Below are positions 18,453-28,867 of a stretch of 64,000 nt of DNA, in pieces. Within the stretch, counting starts at the first letter, position 1. Every line of letters starts with the position of its first letter. Where the stretch lies: contig JACOYB010000005.1 of NCBI GenBank assembly GCA_016182085.1, forward strand, positions 1,013 to 65,012, in the 5' to 3' direction. The notes under the pieces are model-generated. The model saw nothing but the letters and a program-made list of their open reading frames with translations, ran no database searches and had not been told where the DNA came from. Source of the DNA: Candidatus Magasanikiibacteriota bacterium (GTDB lineage Bacteria; Patescibacteriota; Patescibacteriia; Magasanikbacterales; GWA2-37-8). Made by a program: the position numbers and the translations under genes.

Positions 18453-19532
18453 TTATAATGTTGTAAATCCTAAAAATATCGTTTTACCATTTTCTTTATT
18501 TATGAGCAGTTCTACCGGAATGGAATTAGTTGGTAGTTTTTTGGTTACCCAGTTTGCGCCGCCATCGCTCGTTTTATATAATGTAGACCGAACATTTTGA
18601 TTGTTGTCTCCCAAAATCGTACCCGTATAATACATTTCCGAAAGATTTTTTGGATTCTGGGCAAAACCGTAAATGTTTACGCTGCCCGGAGGCGTAAGCA
18701 GTTTAATGTCGCTCCAACTGGCGCCGGCATCTGCCGAGCGCAAGATACCATACTTGGAAATCCAAAACAAGTTATCTTTTTGGGTCGGACTAAAGACAAA
18801 CCTATAAAAACTCATACTGCCGTTAAAATTTTCAAAACCGTTGCTGGCGCTTGTCCAAGTTACGGCTTCGTCTTCGGAACGATACAATCCGGTTTCATAG
18901 GCTGCGACATACAATCGTCCGGGATTAAACGGGTCAACTGCCAAATGCCGCAATTGAAAATTAAAACTATGTACCAAACGCCAACTGGCTCCGCCGTCTT
19001 TACTCCTAAAAATATCACCGCCCGACTGAGCCGCATAAATTATTCTTGGATCGGTATAATCAACCGCAATCGCGGCCATGCGCTGTGTGGGCCGCTCTTC
19101 AGAAAAAACGAGTTTCCAACTTCTCTGGCAATCGGTAGTTTTATAAATATGAGTGCCATCACTTGCGTAAATTGTACATTTATCGGCTGGGTCAACCGCT
19201 AAGGCATAAATATATTTACCCGTCATAAAAGGACTTGCTTCCCAAGTATCGCCATTGTCATAGCTATAATACAAACCCTGTCCTCGCGTACCCATATACA
19301 ATGCTTTTGGATCGCTTGGGTCGGTAAACATTTTATATACCTTGGCACCCGACAAATTCTTTATGCCTTGGGCGGTAACCAAAGTATTTTTTTGCTGCCA
19401 GGTTTCACCGCCATCATTTGATGTAAACGCTCCCATCGGCCCTTGCGCGCTACCGGTAAATTGGATACAACCGGCACCGGTAAGCACTACGGCCATAACG
19501 AGCGCCGATAAGACGTATATTTTTTTAGACAT
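18453..19532 (-). CDS. Lipoprotein with BNR/YCF48-like beta-propeller
   Basis: LTGAGC lipobox; repeated SxDGGxTW Asp-boxes. Confidence 0.8.
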   Translation of the reverse strand: MSKKIYVLSALVMAVVLTGAGCIQFTGSAQGPMGAFTSNDGGETWQQKNTLVTAQGIKNLSGAKVYKMFTDPSDPKALYMGTRGQGLYYSYDNGDTWEASPFMTGKYIYALAVDPADKCTIYASDGTHIYKTTDCQRSWKLVFSEERPTQRMAAIAVDYTDPRIIYAAQSGGDIFRSKDGGASWRLVHSFNFQLRHLAVDPFNPGRLYVAAYETGLYRSEDEAVTWTSASNGFENFNGSMSFYRFVFSPTQKDNLFWISKYGILRSADAGASWSDIKLLTPPGSVNIYGFAQNPKNLSEMYYTGTILGDNNQNVRSTLYKTSDGGANWVTKKLPTNSIPVELLINKENGKTIFLGFTTL

Positions 19533-19538
19533 AACCCA

Positions 19539-20477
19539 TCAACTTAATGATAATAATATTTGTTCTATAACTAATTTTGGATTTATATTTTGCGCGAGCA
19601 GCGCTTGTGATTTTTTAAAATTATCTATAAGCCCCACCATTTGCGATAAAGACAATTTGCTTTTAGAAATGATTTTATTATCCCTGTTTGCCAGTTTGTC
19701 TAACATAACATCGCGCCATAGTACTGTCCAGGTTTCCAGTACACCCTGTAATTTCTCACCGGTGCGCGTACTTTCGTCTTTATCATTAAATAAATTATCC
19801 ACGCCTTTAATTTTTTTAAAAAACGGCTGATCAACTATTTGTTCCCACCGCTCTACTTCACCCTTAAACTGCCCGTGCAACGCCGGATCAGCGCATAAAT
19901 CAATAGCTCGCCCCGGTCTGCCCCATGATAATTTGGCGGCTTCGCTCGCGATCTTTTTATCATTTCCCAATTTTATTAAATCCTGCTCAATCTCGGATTC
20001 GCTTACCAGTGGAAAATATATTATCTGACAGCGCGAGCGAATTGTAGAGAGCAGCTTGCTATCATCGGCCACAAGTAAAAAAAACACTCTATCGTTTCCC
20101 GCTTCTTCCAAAATTTTTAAAAGCGCGTTTCCGGATTCTTCGTTGAGCAGTTCGGCTTCATCTATGATTACCGATTGATGGCCGCCAAACCAAGACTTGC
20201 GTCCCAGACGCTCTTTAATGCTGCGCGCCTGGGCAATAGAAATTTCTTTTTTTAATTTTCCCGTTTTCTCATCAGCTTGACGGGATAAATAATAAAAATC
20301 AGGATGGGTGTCTAATTTGGCTTCGTCTACTTTTAACAATTTAGCTGAAAAATATCTAGCCACGGTTTTTTTTCCAACTTGTTCCTTGCCCACGAAACAA
20401 TATGCCTGCGACAAAGAATTTTTGGCAATAAGGTTTTCAAAAAAAGAAGTGATTCTGTCGTGACCGATAATAGACAT
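19539..20477 (-). CDS. holB: DNA polymerase III delta' subunit
   Basis: IIGH, GKEQVGKKT, HPDF, IIDEAE, NALLKILEE, TIRSRCQ. Confidence 0.9.
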   Translation of the reverse strand: MSIIGHDRITSFFENLIAKNSLSQAYCFVGKEQVGKKTVARYFSAKLLKVDEAKLDTHPDFYYLSRQADEKTGKLKKEISIAQARSIKERLGRKSWFGGHQSVIIDEAELLNEESGNALLKILEEAGNDRVFFLLVADDSKLLSTIRSRCQIIYFPLVSESEIEQDLIKLGNDKKIASEAAKLSWGRPGRAIDLCADPALHGQFKGEVERWEQIVDQPFFKKIKGVDNLFNDKDESTRTGEKLQGVLETWTVLWRDVMLDKLANRDNKIISKSKLSLSQMVGLIDNFKKSQALLAQNINPKLVIEQILLSLS

Positions 20478-20574
20478 AACCTAAAATTGCCGGGAATTTA
20501 ATAACTTTAGTATATCAAAAATTTTGTAAAACAAAAAGACCCTGCTCGGACTTTAGCCAATAACGGACATGGGA

Positions 20575-20955
20575 CTACTGCTTAAGCTTGGATTTAACTT
20601 TTTTTACGAGATCGTCTATATTCCAATCGGATTTTATAAAATAGTCATAACACCCTTCCTTGGCTGCCTCTGCTTCTTTTTTTTCATCGCTTAAGTTGGT
20701 AAGCATAATTATTGGCACGGATTTTCCCCAAGGATCTTGGCGCAATTTATTTAGCATAGTCATACCGTCCATAATAGGCATCAATATATCCAATAAAATA
20801 ATATCCGGGTGATGCTGAAAGGCCTGTTCCAAACCAATCTGACCATTAGGGGCTTCAAATACCTTAAACTTTTCTATAGTAAATTTTTTAGCTAACACAG
20901 CCAAAAGGGCTTGTTCGTCTTCCACGATAAGAACTTTGTCTAATACTTTTGGCAT
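20575..20955 (-). CDS. Single-domain response regulator
   Basis: LIVEDE, PDIILLDILMPIMDG, IIMLTN, FIK. Confidence 0.92.
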   Translation of the reverse strand: MPKVLDKVLIVEDEQALLAVLAKKFTIEKFKVFEAPNGQIGLEQAFQHHPDIILLDILMPIMDGMTMLNKLRQDPWGKSVPIIMLTNLSDEKKEAEAAKEGCYDYFIKSDWNIDDLVKKVKSKLKQ

Positions 20956-20970
20956 AAAAATTAGATTATA

Positions 20971-23900
20971 TTATATGGATAATTCTTTGTCGCCAACTAC
21001 TCTTTTCATTCCGCTTGTAGGTATGGCTACATGAAACACGCTTCCCTTTCCTTCAGTTGATTCAAACCATACTTTTCCACCGCCTGTTTCTATAATCAAC
21101 TTTACAATATACAGACCCAAACCGATTCCTTCGGTACTAACCTTAACCGCATTATCGGCGCGAAAGAACTTGCTAAAAACCTTATCTTGATCTTTAGAAG
21201 GAATACCTATGCCTTCGTCCTTAACGTCAATCTGACAGTGCCCTTCAACTTCTTTAAAACCAATTTCTATCTTGCATTTTCTTGATTTAGAATAATGTAT
21301 GGCATTGTTTAATAAATTTAAAATAACTTGTTTGAGCAACACAGGATCCGCATCAATAAGAGACGCCGGCTGATCCGATTCATTGAATATAATAGCACAG
21401 TTTCTAGCATTTGCAACGGAATTAACTTCGGAAATAACACTGGAAATAAGAGAGGCTATATCCGTTGGCTTTGGCTCAATCTTGATTTTTTGGGCTTCCA
21501 AACGAGAAATGTTAAGCAGAGATTTAATTAAATCGGCCATGCGTTTTTCTCCATTCTCTATTTCATTAAGATACCTTTTTTGTTCAACGGTTAATTCTCC
21601 CGATTTCACATCCCTTAGCATTTCCGTATTCCATTTTATCGCCGTAAGAGGGGTGCGCAACTGATGGGAGGCAAAAGAAATAAAATCCGTTTTCATTTGT
21701 TCCGCTTCTTTTAATTTGGTAATATCTCTCTCTACACCGACAAAAAACTGCACCTGATTATTCTTGTCTAAAACCGGAGCAATTCTAACTTCAGCAGTAT
21801 AGGGCTGGCCGTTTTTTCTATGATTTATTATTTCACCGACAAAAGGCTGTTTTTGGATATCATCAATGACAGTCCACAATTTCTCATAATATTCTTTTGA
21901 CATGTTTCCACCCCAAAGATCCCCGGCATTTTTTCCAATAACTTCTGCCGACATGTAGCCGGTAATTTCTTCTCCGGCTTTATTAACATACAAAATAGCG
22001 CCGTCTTTATCGGTAATCATTACATGATCGGACTCGTTATCTACGGCTAATTTAAATTTCTCCAAATCTTTGGCCAGCAGATCGACTTTTTCTTTTTCTT
22101 TTTTTATATCTTCTTCCGCTTTTTTGATTTTGGAAATATCCATGCCCCAAACAACTATATACAGCTCTTTATTTAATTCAATGCGCGCGGCATTAAAAAA
22201 ATAAATAGCGTGGCTGCGGCCTCTATTAAGCAAATGCTCTACTTCAAGCTGAGCCGAACCTTCACGAAAAGTTTTCTCCATTGCCTCTATGATTTTAACC
22301 CTGTTTTCCTTTGTATAAAACCACTCCAACGCCTGTTCATTTGACATTGTAGAAATCTCTTCACTGGTACGACCGGTAACGATTTCTAAGTTTTTATTCC
22401 AACGCGGAGTACCACCTCTTTGACTTATCATCGCAAATGTACCGGGAAAAGTTTCCATTATAGCATCGGAAATAACTCGCTCGTTTTTAAGCTCCAAAAC
22501 TAGCTGCTTTTGCTTGGTTATATCGCGCGCGGTGGCATAAGTAATTCCTTTGTCTTTATCGTAAGTGGCAATCCATGAAAGCCATAACACCCTGCCGTCT
22601 TTACATATAAAACGATTCTCAAAATTTAGCGAGGAACCTACTTTAATTTGCCGCGCCATTTCATCTAGCGTGGCCTGCTTGTCTTCGGGATAGACAAAAT
22701 CAATAAATGGTTTCGTCAAAAGATCCGCTTCGGAATATCCTAGAATTTTCAAACAAGCCAGGTTCACCTTCTTAAAGGCGCCGTTTGGATCCGCAATAAC
22801 CATGATGTCGGAAGATAAATTAAAAAAATTAAAAAATTGCTCGCGCTCAAACTCGGCTTTTTTACGCTCGGTAATATCTGTAAAGACGGCCATGCTCCCG
22901 GCAAAATCTCCTTTTTCATCAAAAAGCGGAGTGGGCGAAACTATCGCATTTATTTTTAACCCGTCCTTACGCAACCCCACAATTTCATAGCTCGCGCGCT
23001 CCCCTTTGCGTCTTTTTACCATCTGCTCTCTATAAATTTTTTGATTTTCTTCATCAAATAAAATAGTGGCTGATTTACCTATTAACTCTTCCGGTTTATA
23101 ACCAAGAACTGCACTGCCTCGATTATTAATAAAACTAATAATCCCCTTTTCATCCTGAACCGCTATCCCTTCGTCCATTATATCAACCAAGTTATGAAAC
23201 CGCCCTTCTTTTCTTAGTAAGTCTACATCTACTTTCGTTTTATACTCTTCCTGTTTCTTCAATAAACCAATGCCGGCTGTGACTACCGCGGACAAAGTAA
23301 AAATATTTAAAATGGTTTCCAAACCCACATTAAAACCAAGCGTGTACAACCCGATATATTTACCATATTCCACCAACCAACCGATGATTGGAGGGATAAT
23401 AAACATTGTAGGAAGAAAAATACGTGACATTTTCCCGGCAAAACTACGCATAACTAACACTCTGGTAAAACCGCGATCCGGATGCGCAAATAAAATACCA
23501 AGATGAAATATAAAAAAAACTATTACCGTATATAATGGCACGGCGGGAGAAACTGCGACACCCTGAACAAAAGATGGTACATTGTGAATATAGCCCACAA
23601 GCGCAACCAAAGAAATAAACCCGCCCATAATAGCCATGACTTGCGCCGGACGCACACCGCGCTTGGTCTCAAAATCTAAAAACAAAAGAGCTAACCCAAA
23701 AAAAATAAAAACAATAGCGCCGCCTAAGGACATTTTTCCTAGATTTACGACCCAATTAGATGTAGCTACCAATCGAAAAAATAATTCACCCGCAAAAAAA
23801 TTGTTACCAAGCACATACCCTGCAAAAGATATGATACCCAAAATAAATACAAATAACGCGCAGCCCCTGCCTAAATTTCTCACCCACCTTTTTGATCTTT

Positions 23901-24156
23901 TTTCCTGCTGCAGCCATAAAGCTAACCCGAGAAACATGGCGCCTAGCGCAGAGTGAGGCGCCATGAGCGAAAAATTATGAAAGATGCTTGTTAAAATAGC
24001 TATTTTTAAATTCCAACTAACTAAAACCAAAGCCCCAACAACAAAAATCAAAATGCTCGAGGCCTCTGAAAAAACCTTCATACTTGAAACGATCCGAGAG
24101 TCAATGGGCATGTACGGTGAATATTTTGTCCCCTCCATAAATTGTTTAGTTAGCAA
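20971..24156 (-). CDS. Multi-TM, multi-PAS sensor histidine kinase
   Basis: About 8 TM helices, four PAS/PAC repeats (DITERK, DITKQK), ASHQLRTPL, NLLNNAIHY, DEGIGI, GLGL. Confidence 0.92.
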   Translation of the reverse strand: MLTKQFMEGTKYSPYMPIDSRIVSSMKVFSEASSILIFVVGALVLVSWNLKIAILTSIFHNFSLMAPHSALGAMFLGLALWLQQEKRSKRWVRNLGRGCALFVFILGIISFAGYVLGNNFFAGELFFRLVATSNWVVNLGKMSLGGAIVFIFFGLALLFLDFETKRGVRPAQVMAIMGGFISLVALVGYIHNVPSFVQGVAVSPAVPLYTVIVFFIFHLGILFAHPDRGFTRVLVMRSFAGKMSRIFLPTMFIIPPIIGWLVEYGKYIGLYTLGFNVGLETILNIFTLSAVVTAGIGLLKKQEEYKTKVDVDLLRKEGRFHNLVDIMDEGIAVQDEKGIISFINNRGSAVLGYKPEELIGKSATILFDEENQKIYREQMVKRRKGERASYEIVGLRKDGLKINAIVSPTPLFDEKGDFAGSMAVFTDITERKKAEFEREQFFNFFNLSSDIMVIADPNGAFKKVNLACLKILGYSEADLLTKPFIDFVYPEDKQATLDEMARQIKVGSSLNFENRFICKDGRVLWLSWIATYDKDKGITYATARDITKQKQLVLELKNERVISDAIMETFPGTFAMISQRGGTPRWNKNLEIVTGRTSEEISTMSNEQALEWFYTKENRVKIIEAMEKTFREGSAQLEVEHLLNRGRSHAIYFFNAARIELNKELYIVVWGMDISKIKKAEEDIKKEKEKVDLLAKDLEKFKLAVDNESDHVMITDKDGAILYVNKAGEEITGYMSAEVIGKNAGDLWGGNMSKEYYEKLWTVIDDIQKQPFVGEIINHRKNGQPYTAEVRIAPVLDKNNQVQFFVGVERDITKLKEAEQMKTDFISFASHQLRTPLTAIKWNTEMLRDVKSGELTVEQKRYLNEIENGEKRMADLIKSLLNISRLEAQKIKIEPKPTDIASLISSVISEVNSVANARNCAIIFNESDQPASLIDADPVLLKQVILNLLNNAIHYSKSRKCKIEIGFKEVEGHCQIDVKDEGIGIPSKDQDKVFSKFFRADNAVKVSTEGIGLGLYIVKLIIETGGGKVWFESTEGKGSVFHVAIPTSGMKRVVGDKELSI

Positions 24157-24196
24157 CTAATATTACCTTGATACAAATTTAAAAAAACACCCGCAC

Positions 24197-25933
24197 CTAC
24201 TTTAAACGTCTTACTTCCTGGCCGATATATTTTTTTATTTTAGCAACCGTATCTTTCATTTTATTTATGAGCGCGGCCGCTTTGGTGGAACGAAAGGAGT
24301 TATGTTGTTCTTGCACCCCTTCAAGCTCCTTCAAACAACCGGATAAAATATCAGATAGCTTATCAATGTCACGACCGACAATAACTCTATACACCTCTCG
24401 CGTCTTTTTTGTAGAAATGTAGTACCAGCCGCCAATGCCCGTTACCGACATTCCCACGAGTATAACGATGATGAGTATCTCTAGCCACCCCAAATCAATG
24501 ACGCCAAAGGAAATTATAACTTTTGGTTTTACTTGGAATACGGGCGAATCAACCGGAAAACTCACGGCTCCGCGCTCATCCCGTGCGGTAATGATAAAAG
24601 TGTATTTCCCGACTGGCAAAGTTACACCAATGGATGTTTCCCAGCCTCCAACACCATCACTCGCTATCTTACCGGTTAATTTCTCCTGATTCTTGCTGTC
24701 AACTATGCGGAAATCAACAAATGCGTTGGGTATGGTTTTACCGGAGACAAACAGGGGTTCGCCTTGCGAAACGGTTTTGGTAATAAAATCAACGGTTGGA
24801 GCGGGTAGCGGCAATACTTCAAACGCAAGATCATCTTCAGCGCTGTTACCGGCTTTATCAAGGACGCGGACTAACACAGTGTGCTTGCCCGGAGATTGCG
24901 GAGGCGGAGTAAATTCCATACCAGATACTTCAACAAGGTTTTGATCGTCAATAAATATAACGGCATGCGATATGCCCGATAGACTATCTTGTGTTTCAAA
25001 GCGTAATTGGGGTGAAGGGTTGTCGCTTGCTACCGTATCCATTCCTATTTCAAAAGGAAGCGGCGCGGTGGTGTCAATCAAAATTTTATAATGTGTTACC
25101 GATCCCCAACCAATATTATTCTTAAACCGCACATGAATATACCACACCCCCTCTTCCAGAGTTCCGAATTTCTTGCCGGTGAACAGTTCTTTTTCTATAT
25201 TTTTAGGATCAGTGTTAGGGCTATGATCAAGAACAGTTGCTACTTGGGTAATGTCGGCAGGAACTTCCCAGAGGGCGACTATTTCGCCCAAATGGTTGTA
25301 CCAATGCGTTTCATCCGGATATAAGGGAACTTGAACAACGGGCTTCTGCGGAAGTTTCGTGGAAACAATCGGCTTTCTTTCTACTCGCACCGGCTGCGGC
25401 ACCGGTTTGGCGGATTCTATGGTAGCCGGTTTGGGAACTGCAGGCTGAGCCGTCGTCGCGCCAATCGTATAGCTTGCCTCTTTTATTTTAGAAAGTATAT
25501 TGGTTCCCTTGCCATCACTTGCGGTAACCGCCGCATCGGTTATGAAAATACTAGCCGCACCCGCGCCAAGCGCTTTAAACTTCACTTTCAAAATCTGAAG
25601 CGCGCCACCGGAAATCCCCTTGGCTGTCCCGCCAATAAAACTGAGAGAGTTTTTGGTGTCTGATAAAACAGGGTCTGTTACCCAAAAATTGAAAGCCGAT
25701 CCGGCTTTGCTAACTTCAACAAATTCTAAAATATCAACCGGCCAATTTATTGTTGCTTGGGAGGCGTTGATGCTTTCCGCTTCTGAGTCAATTTTAATAT
25801 CAACAGAGAACTCTGCGCCGATATTAAAGCCGCCGGTTTCGGGAACCGTATAAATAACCGCTGCGTTAACCGACTGCGCAAAGACAAAAAAGAATAGAGA
25901 TGCGACAATTGCTTTAAATACTTTTTTAAACAT
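24197..25933 (-). CDS. Secreted cohesin-like + Ig-like domain protein with C-terminal TM
   Basis: Signal peptide; FSVDIKIDS..SINA..ATINWPVDILE cohesin-like strands; Pro-rich linker; Ig repeats; TM near the C-terminus. Confidence 0.65.
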   Translation of the reverse strand: MFKKVFKAIVASLFFFVFAQSVNAAVIYTVPETGGFNIGAEFSVDIKIDSEAESINASQATINWPVDILEFVEVSKAGSAFNFWVTDPVLSDTKNSLSFIGGTAKGISGGALQILKVKFKALGAGAASIFITDAAVTASDGKGTNILSKIKEASYTIGATTAQPAVPKPATIESAKPVPQPVRVERKPIVSTKLPQKPVVQVPLYPDETHWYNHLGEIVALWEVPADITQVATVLDHSPNTDPKNIEKELFTGKKFGTLEEGVWYIHVRFKNNIGWGSVTHYKILIDTTAPLPFEIGMDTVASDNPSPQLRFETQDSLSGISHAVIFIDDQNLVEVSGMEFTPPPQSPGKHTVLVRVLDKAGNSAEDDLAFEVLPLPAPTVDFITKTVSQGEPLFVSGKTIPNAFVDFRIVDSKNQEKLTGKIASDGVGGWETSIGVTLPVGKYTFIITARDERGAVSFPVDSPVFQVKPKVIISFGVIDLGWLEILIIVILVGMSVTGIGGWYYISTKKTREVYRVIVGRDIDKLSDILSGCLKELEGVQEQHNSFRSTKAAALINKMKDTVAKIKKYIGQEVRRLK

Positions 25934-25944
25934 ACGGGTTTTGT

Positions 25945-28296
25945 CTAAATATTCATCGCTCTTAAAAATATGCTAAAATCAAAAATGTTCACTTTGCCAT
26001 CTCCGCTTAAATCGTTTTTCAGCCTAGATTCATCGTTGTCGCTCCCCCACTGAAAAAGAAAAATACTCCAGTCGTTAATATTCACTTTGCCGTCGTTATT
26101 AAAGTCGGTCTTTAGAGTGGGTTGTTTTGACAATTTAAAAACACGCGATGTAGAGAACCCGCTTTTTTTACCATCTAATGTAGTTTGCCGTACTTGCGCC
26201 CGGTGTTCACCGTAAGCAAGAACAGTCGCATCCACATTAAAATTGTAAAATCCGGATTGAGTTGCTTTGGTATCCTGAAACTTTTCTCCATCTACCTCTA
26301 ATTCTACCACATTATCCGGTAAAGCGTAACCATCAATTTTCAAAACATCATTTTTTGTAATTAACGCTTTTTCAAAAACCATTGTCGGAGGAATCAAAAT
26401 GTCTTTAACTTCAAACAGATCGCCCGGCAGATTTACGTAAAAAGGAACGCTAAATGCCAATGCCCCCGAGTTTATCCCGTTTTTATCGTACGCTCGCAAA
26501 GCAAATAAATAATCCGCGCGGATTAGCCCGGTAACAATAATAACAAAAGAACCGTCTTCATTTATCACCGAACTTTCCGAAGGGGCGACGATATATGTTT
26601 CGTCTTCAACAAGTTTTCTTAGCACCTCAATTTTACTTTGCGGATATGCTTGTCCGGAAAAAATAACTCGCCGCGGCTGCGCGCTACCGCCGCTGGCAGA
26701 CGGGCTTGACGCCGCGCTAGGCGAAGGACCGCCATTAGCCAATGTCGTCTTGCTCGGCACATTGGAAATACCGGAAGTATTGGGCACTTCATCGGAAGTT
26801 TTGATTGCAAAATAATAAACCGTGCTGGTGGATAAACCGGTAACCATCATTGAATTACTGGAACCAGCCGCGGATGGAGTTGGTTCACCGGCTACTTGAG
26901 TTGCTGAAGCAAAATTACCTTCTGTAATAGCAGAGGTGGAATAACGTAAATCATATGAGGTGGCAGTACCGGTAGTTCCGTCATCACCGGGCGCTGTCCA
27001 AGAAAGATCCATAGACGAGCCGGTCGGGTTTGATGCGGCCAAATCGGAAACTACCCCCGGAGCGGTGGTGTCGGAAGATATAATATCTACGATTGTGTCC
27101 CCCATCAGATCATCAGTTGAAGCCAAATCCCAAGTCACATATATGCGCTCATTGGACATGGCATTAACTCGCGCCCCATAAAGATCGCCGGCAGTAACAT
27201 TTACCGGGCCCTGCTCGGCCCCCCATGTAGCCATACCATCGGTAGATTTTTTCCAATATACATTTCCGCTAGCGGCCGTACCGGGCGTAGAGCGCGCGGT
27301 ATAAACCGCGTAAATCTCACCCGCGCTTTCATCAAAACTAATTTTTACACCGGTAATGCCTTTTGAATCATTGGTTAGGACATCTGTTTTTGCAGTCCAT
27401 GCGCCGCCGGAATATACCGCTGTCCGTATATCATCATCGGTGCCAAAGGTGGCAACATCAGTAGCATACGCCAAATAAATATCGCCGGTTGATTTTTTAA
27501 GTGTGGCGCCAAAATGAGCATCGTAAGTACCGTCCTCTATGGCGTTGGCATCAATAGTGGCCCAAGAAGAATCCCAAGAATTTGCCGAGTCATTATAGAC
27601 TTTTGACAGAACATCATCAGCCGACATATCCCAACTAATTGCCAAAATATTTCCACTTGAAAGCGGCATCAAAATTAACCAGTCCGTTGCCAAGTCAAAA
27701 GGAATGGCACCGGCTTCTGTCCAGTTGGCAGCAGATGCGCAGTTAGCTCCGGAAACGCATTTGATAACAAAAGAATCTCCGGCATCTTGCACACCCATAT
27801 AAACATCGCCGTCTGTTCCTTTGGTAATAGAAGGAATATTTGACCCCACCGCAAATCCGCCGCCTTGATTGGCGCCACTGGCATTTACAACGGTGGTTAA
27901 CGTATCGTCAGAAGTATTCAGTCTCGCATACCAAATATCGGCAGCGTCCATGGTCGTAATATGTATATATGTGCCAGACGTGTCGCCGGGGGTCCAACGG
28001 TCATACCAAACAGCAATTTTAAAACAGTCGGTCTGAGAATCAACCGTCACGGACGCACCCCAAGAAGTACCGCCATCGGTGGTTTTGCTATAAGCGCAGG
28101 TACCGGCAGAATCACGAAAGAAAGCGTAACCAACTTGATCTGAAATAAATACCACGGTTGGCGAACTGCCATTGTGGGAAGTAAGGGTAGTATGAATAGA
28201 ACTATCAATGGCTACGTCTGCCGCAAAAATAATCACGGGTACGGCAACCAAAATCAGCAGTAAAATTAACAATAAAAATGTTTGTTTCATTTTCAT
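25945..28296 (-). CDS. Secreted propeller/FN3 protein with C-terminal dockerin-like domain
   Basis: Signal peptide, TTDGGTSW boxes, LSWTAPGDDG..YDLRYS FN3, duplicated DFNNDGKVNIND / DLSGDGKVNIFD EF-like loops. Confidence 0.7.
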   Translation of the reverse strand: MKMKQTFLLLILLLILVAVPVIIFAADVAIDSSIHTTLTSHNGSSPTVVFISDQVGYAFFRDSAGTCAYSKTTDGGTSWGASVTVDSQTDCFKIAVWYDRWTPGDTSGTYIHITTMDAADIWYARLNTSDDTLTTVVNASGANQGGGFAVGSNIPSITKGTDGDVYMGVQDAGDSFVIKCVSGANCASAANWTEAGAIPFDLATDWLILMPLSSGNILAISWDMSADDVLSKVYNDSANSWDSSWATIDANAIEDGTYDAHFGATLKKSTGDIYLAYATDVATFGTDDDIRTAVYSGGAWTAKTDVLTNDSKGITGVKISFDESAGEIYAVYTARSTPGTAASGNVYWKKSTDGMATWGAEQGPVNVTAGDLYGARVNAMSNERIYVTWDLASTDDLMGDTIVDIISSDTTAPGVVSDLAASNPTGSSMDLSWTAPGDDGTTGTATSYDLRYSTSAITEGNFASATQVAGEPTPSAAGSSNSMMVTGLSTSTVYYFAIKTSDEVPNTSGISNVPSKTTLANGGPSPSAASSPSASGGSAQPRRVIFSGQAYPQSKIEVLRKLVEDETYIVAPSESSVINEDGSFVIIVTGLIRADYLFALRAYDKNGINSGALAFSVPFYVNLPGDLFEVKDILIPPTMVFEKALITKNDVLKIDGYALPDNVVELEVDGEKFQDTKATQSGFYNFNVDATVLAYGEHRAQVRQTTLDGKKSGFSTSRVFKLSKQPTLKTDFNNDGKVNINDWSIFLFQWGSDNDESRLKNDLSGDGKVNIFDFSIFLRAMNI

Positions 28297-28692
28297 TTAT
28301 TTTGCCTGCGGATGAGATTCTTTTGCAAAAAAGTGCTGCACTTTTTCTATAATCTCACCTACGGGATGATCTGATTTTACGATATAATCATCTGCTCCGA
28401 GCCTGAGACCTTTTTTAATGTCATCATCTTCGCCAAGCATAGTAAGAACTATCACGGGGATGGCTTTGGTACCCGGGAATTTTTTAAGTTCTTCTAAAAC
28501 CTCGAAGCCGTGCTTTTTAGGCAACACTAAATCCAGCAGCACCAGGTCTGGGTGTTTGGATTTCACCATTTCCAAACCCGATTCGCCGTCAAATGCCTGC
28601 AAAGCATCAAACCCGGCATCAAAAAGTTCGGTATAGAGCACTTTGGCAAGCACTTCGTCGTCTTCTACTATTACAATTTTAATTTTCTCCAT
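28297..28692 (-). CDS. Single-domain response regulator
   Basis: IVIVEDD, PDLVLLDLVLP, GADDYIVK. Confidence 0.92.
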   Translation of the reverse strand: MEKIKIVIVEDDEVLAKVLYTELFDAGFDALQAFDGESGLEMVKSKHPDLVLLDLVLPKKHGFEVLEELKKFPGTKAIPVIVLTMLGEDDDIKKGLRLGADDYIVKSDHPVGEIIEKVQHFFAKESHPQAK

Positions 28693-28825
28693 ATGCGAAA
28701 TGAGTGAGGGAAATAATCAAATGTTTTTGATTATTTCTGAACGAATGAGTATATACCTTAGTATATGCGAAATGAGTGAATATAAAATTAAATGTATTTA
28801 ACTTTATACGAGCGAGTGAATGTAT
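28693..28825. repeat. Two tandem copies of the CGAAATGAGTGA-hairpin family, abutting a start codon
   Basis: Stems GAAATAATCAAA/TTTGATTATTTC and TATAAAATTAAAT/ATTTAACTTTATA between conserved flanks. Confidence 0.75.
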
Positions 28826-28867
28826 AATTACTTATGCGCTATCTATTAATTCATTATACACCGCTCA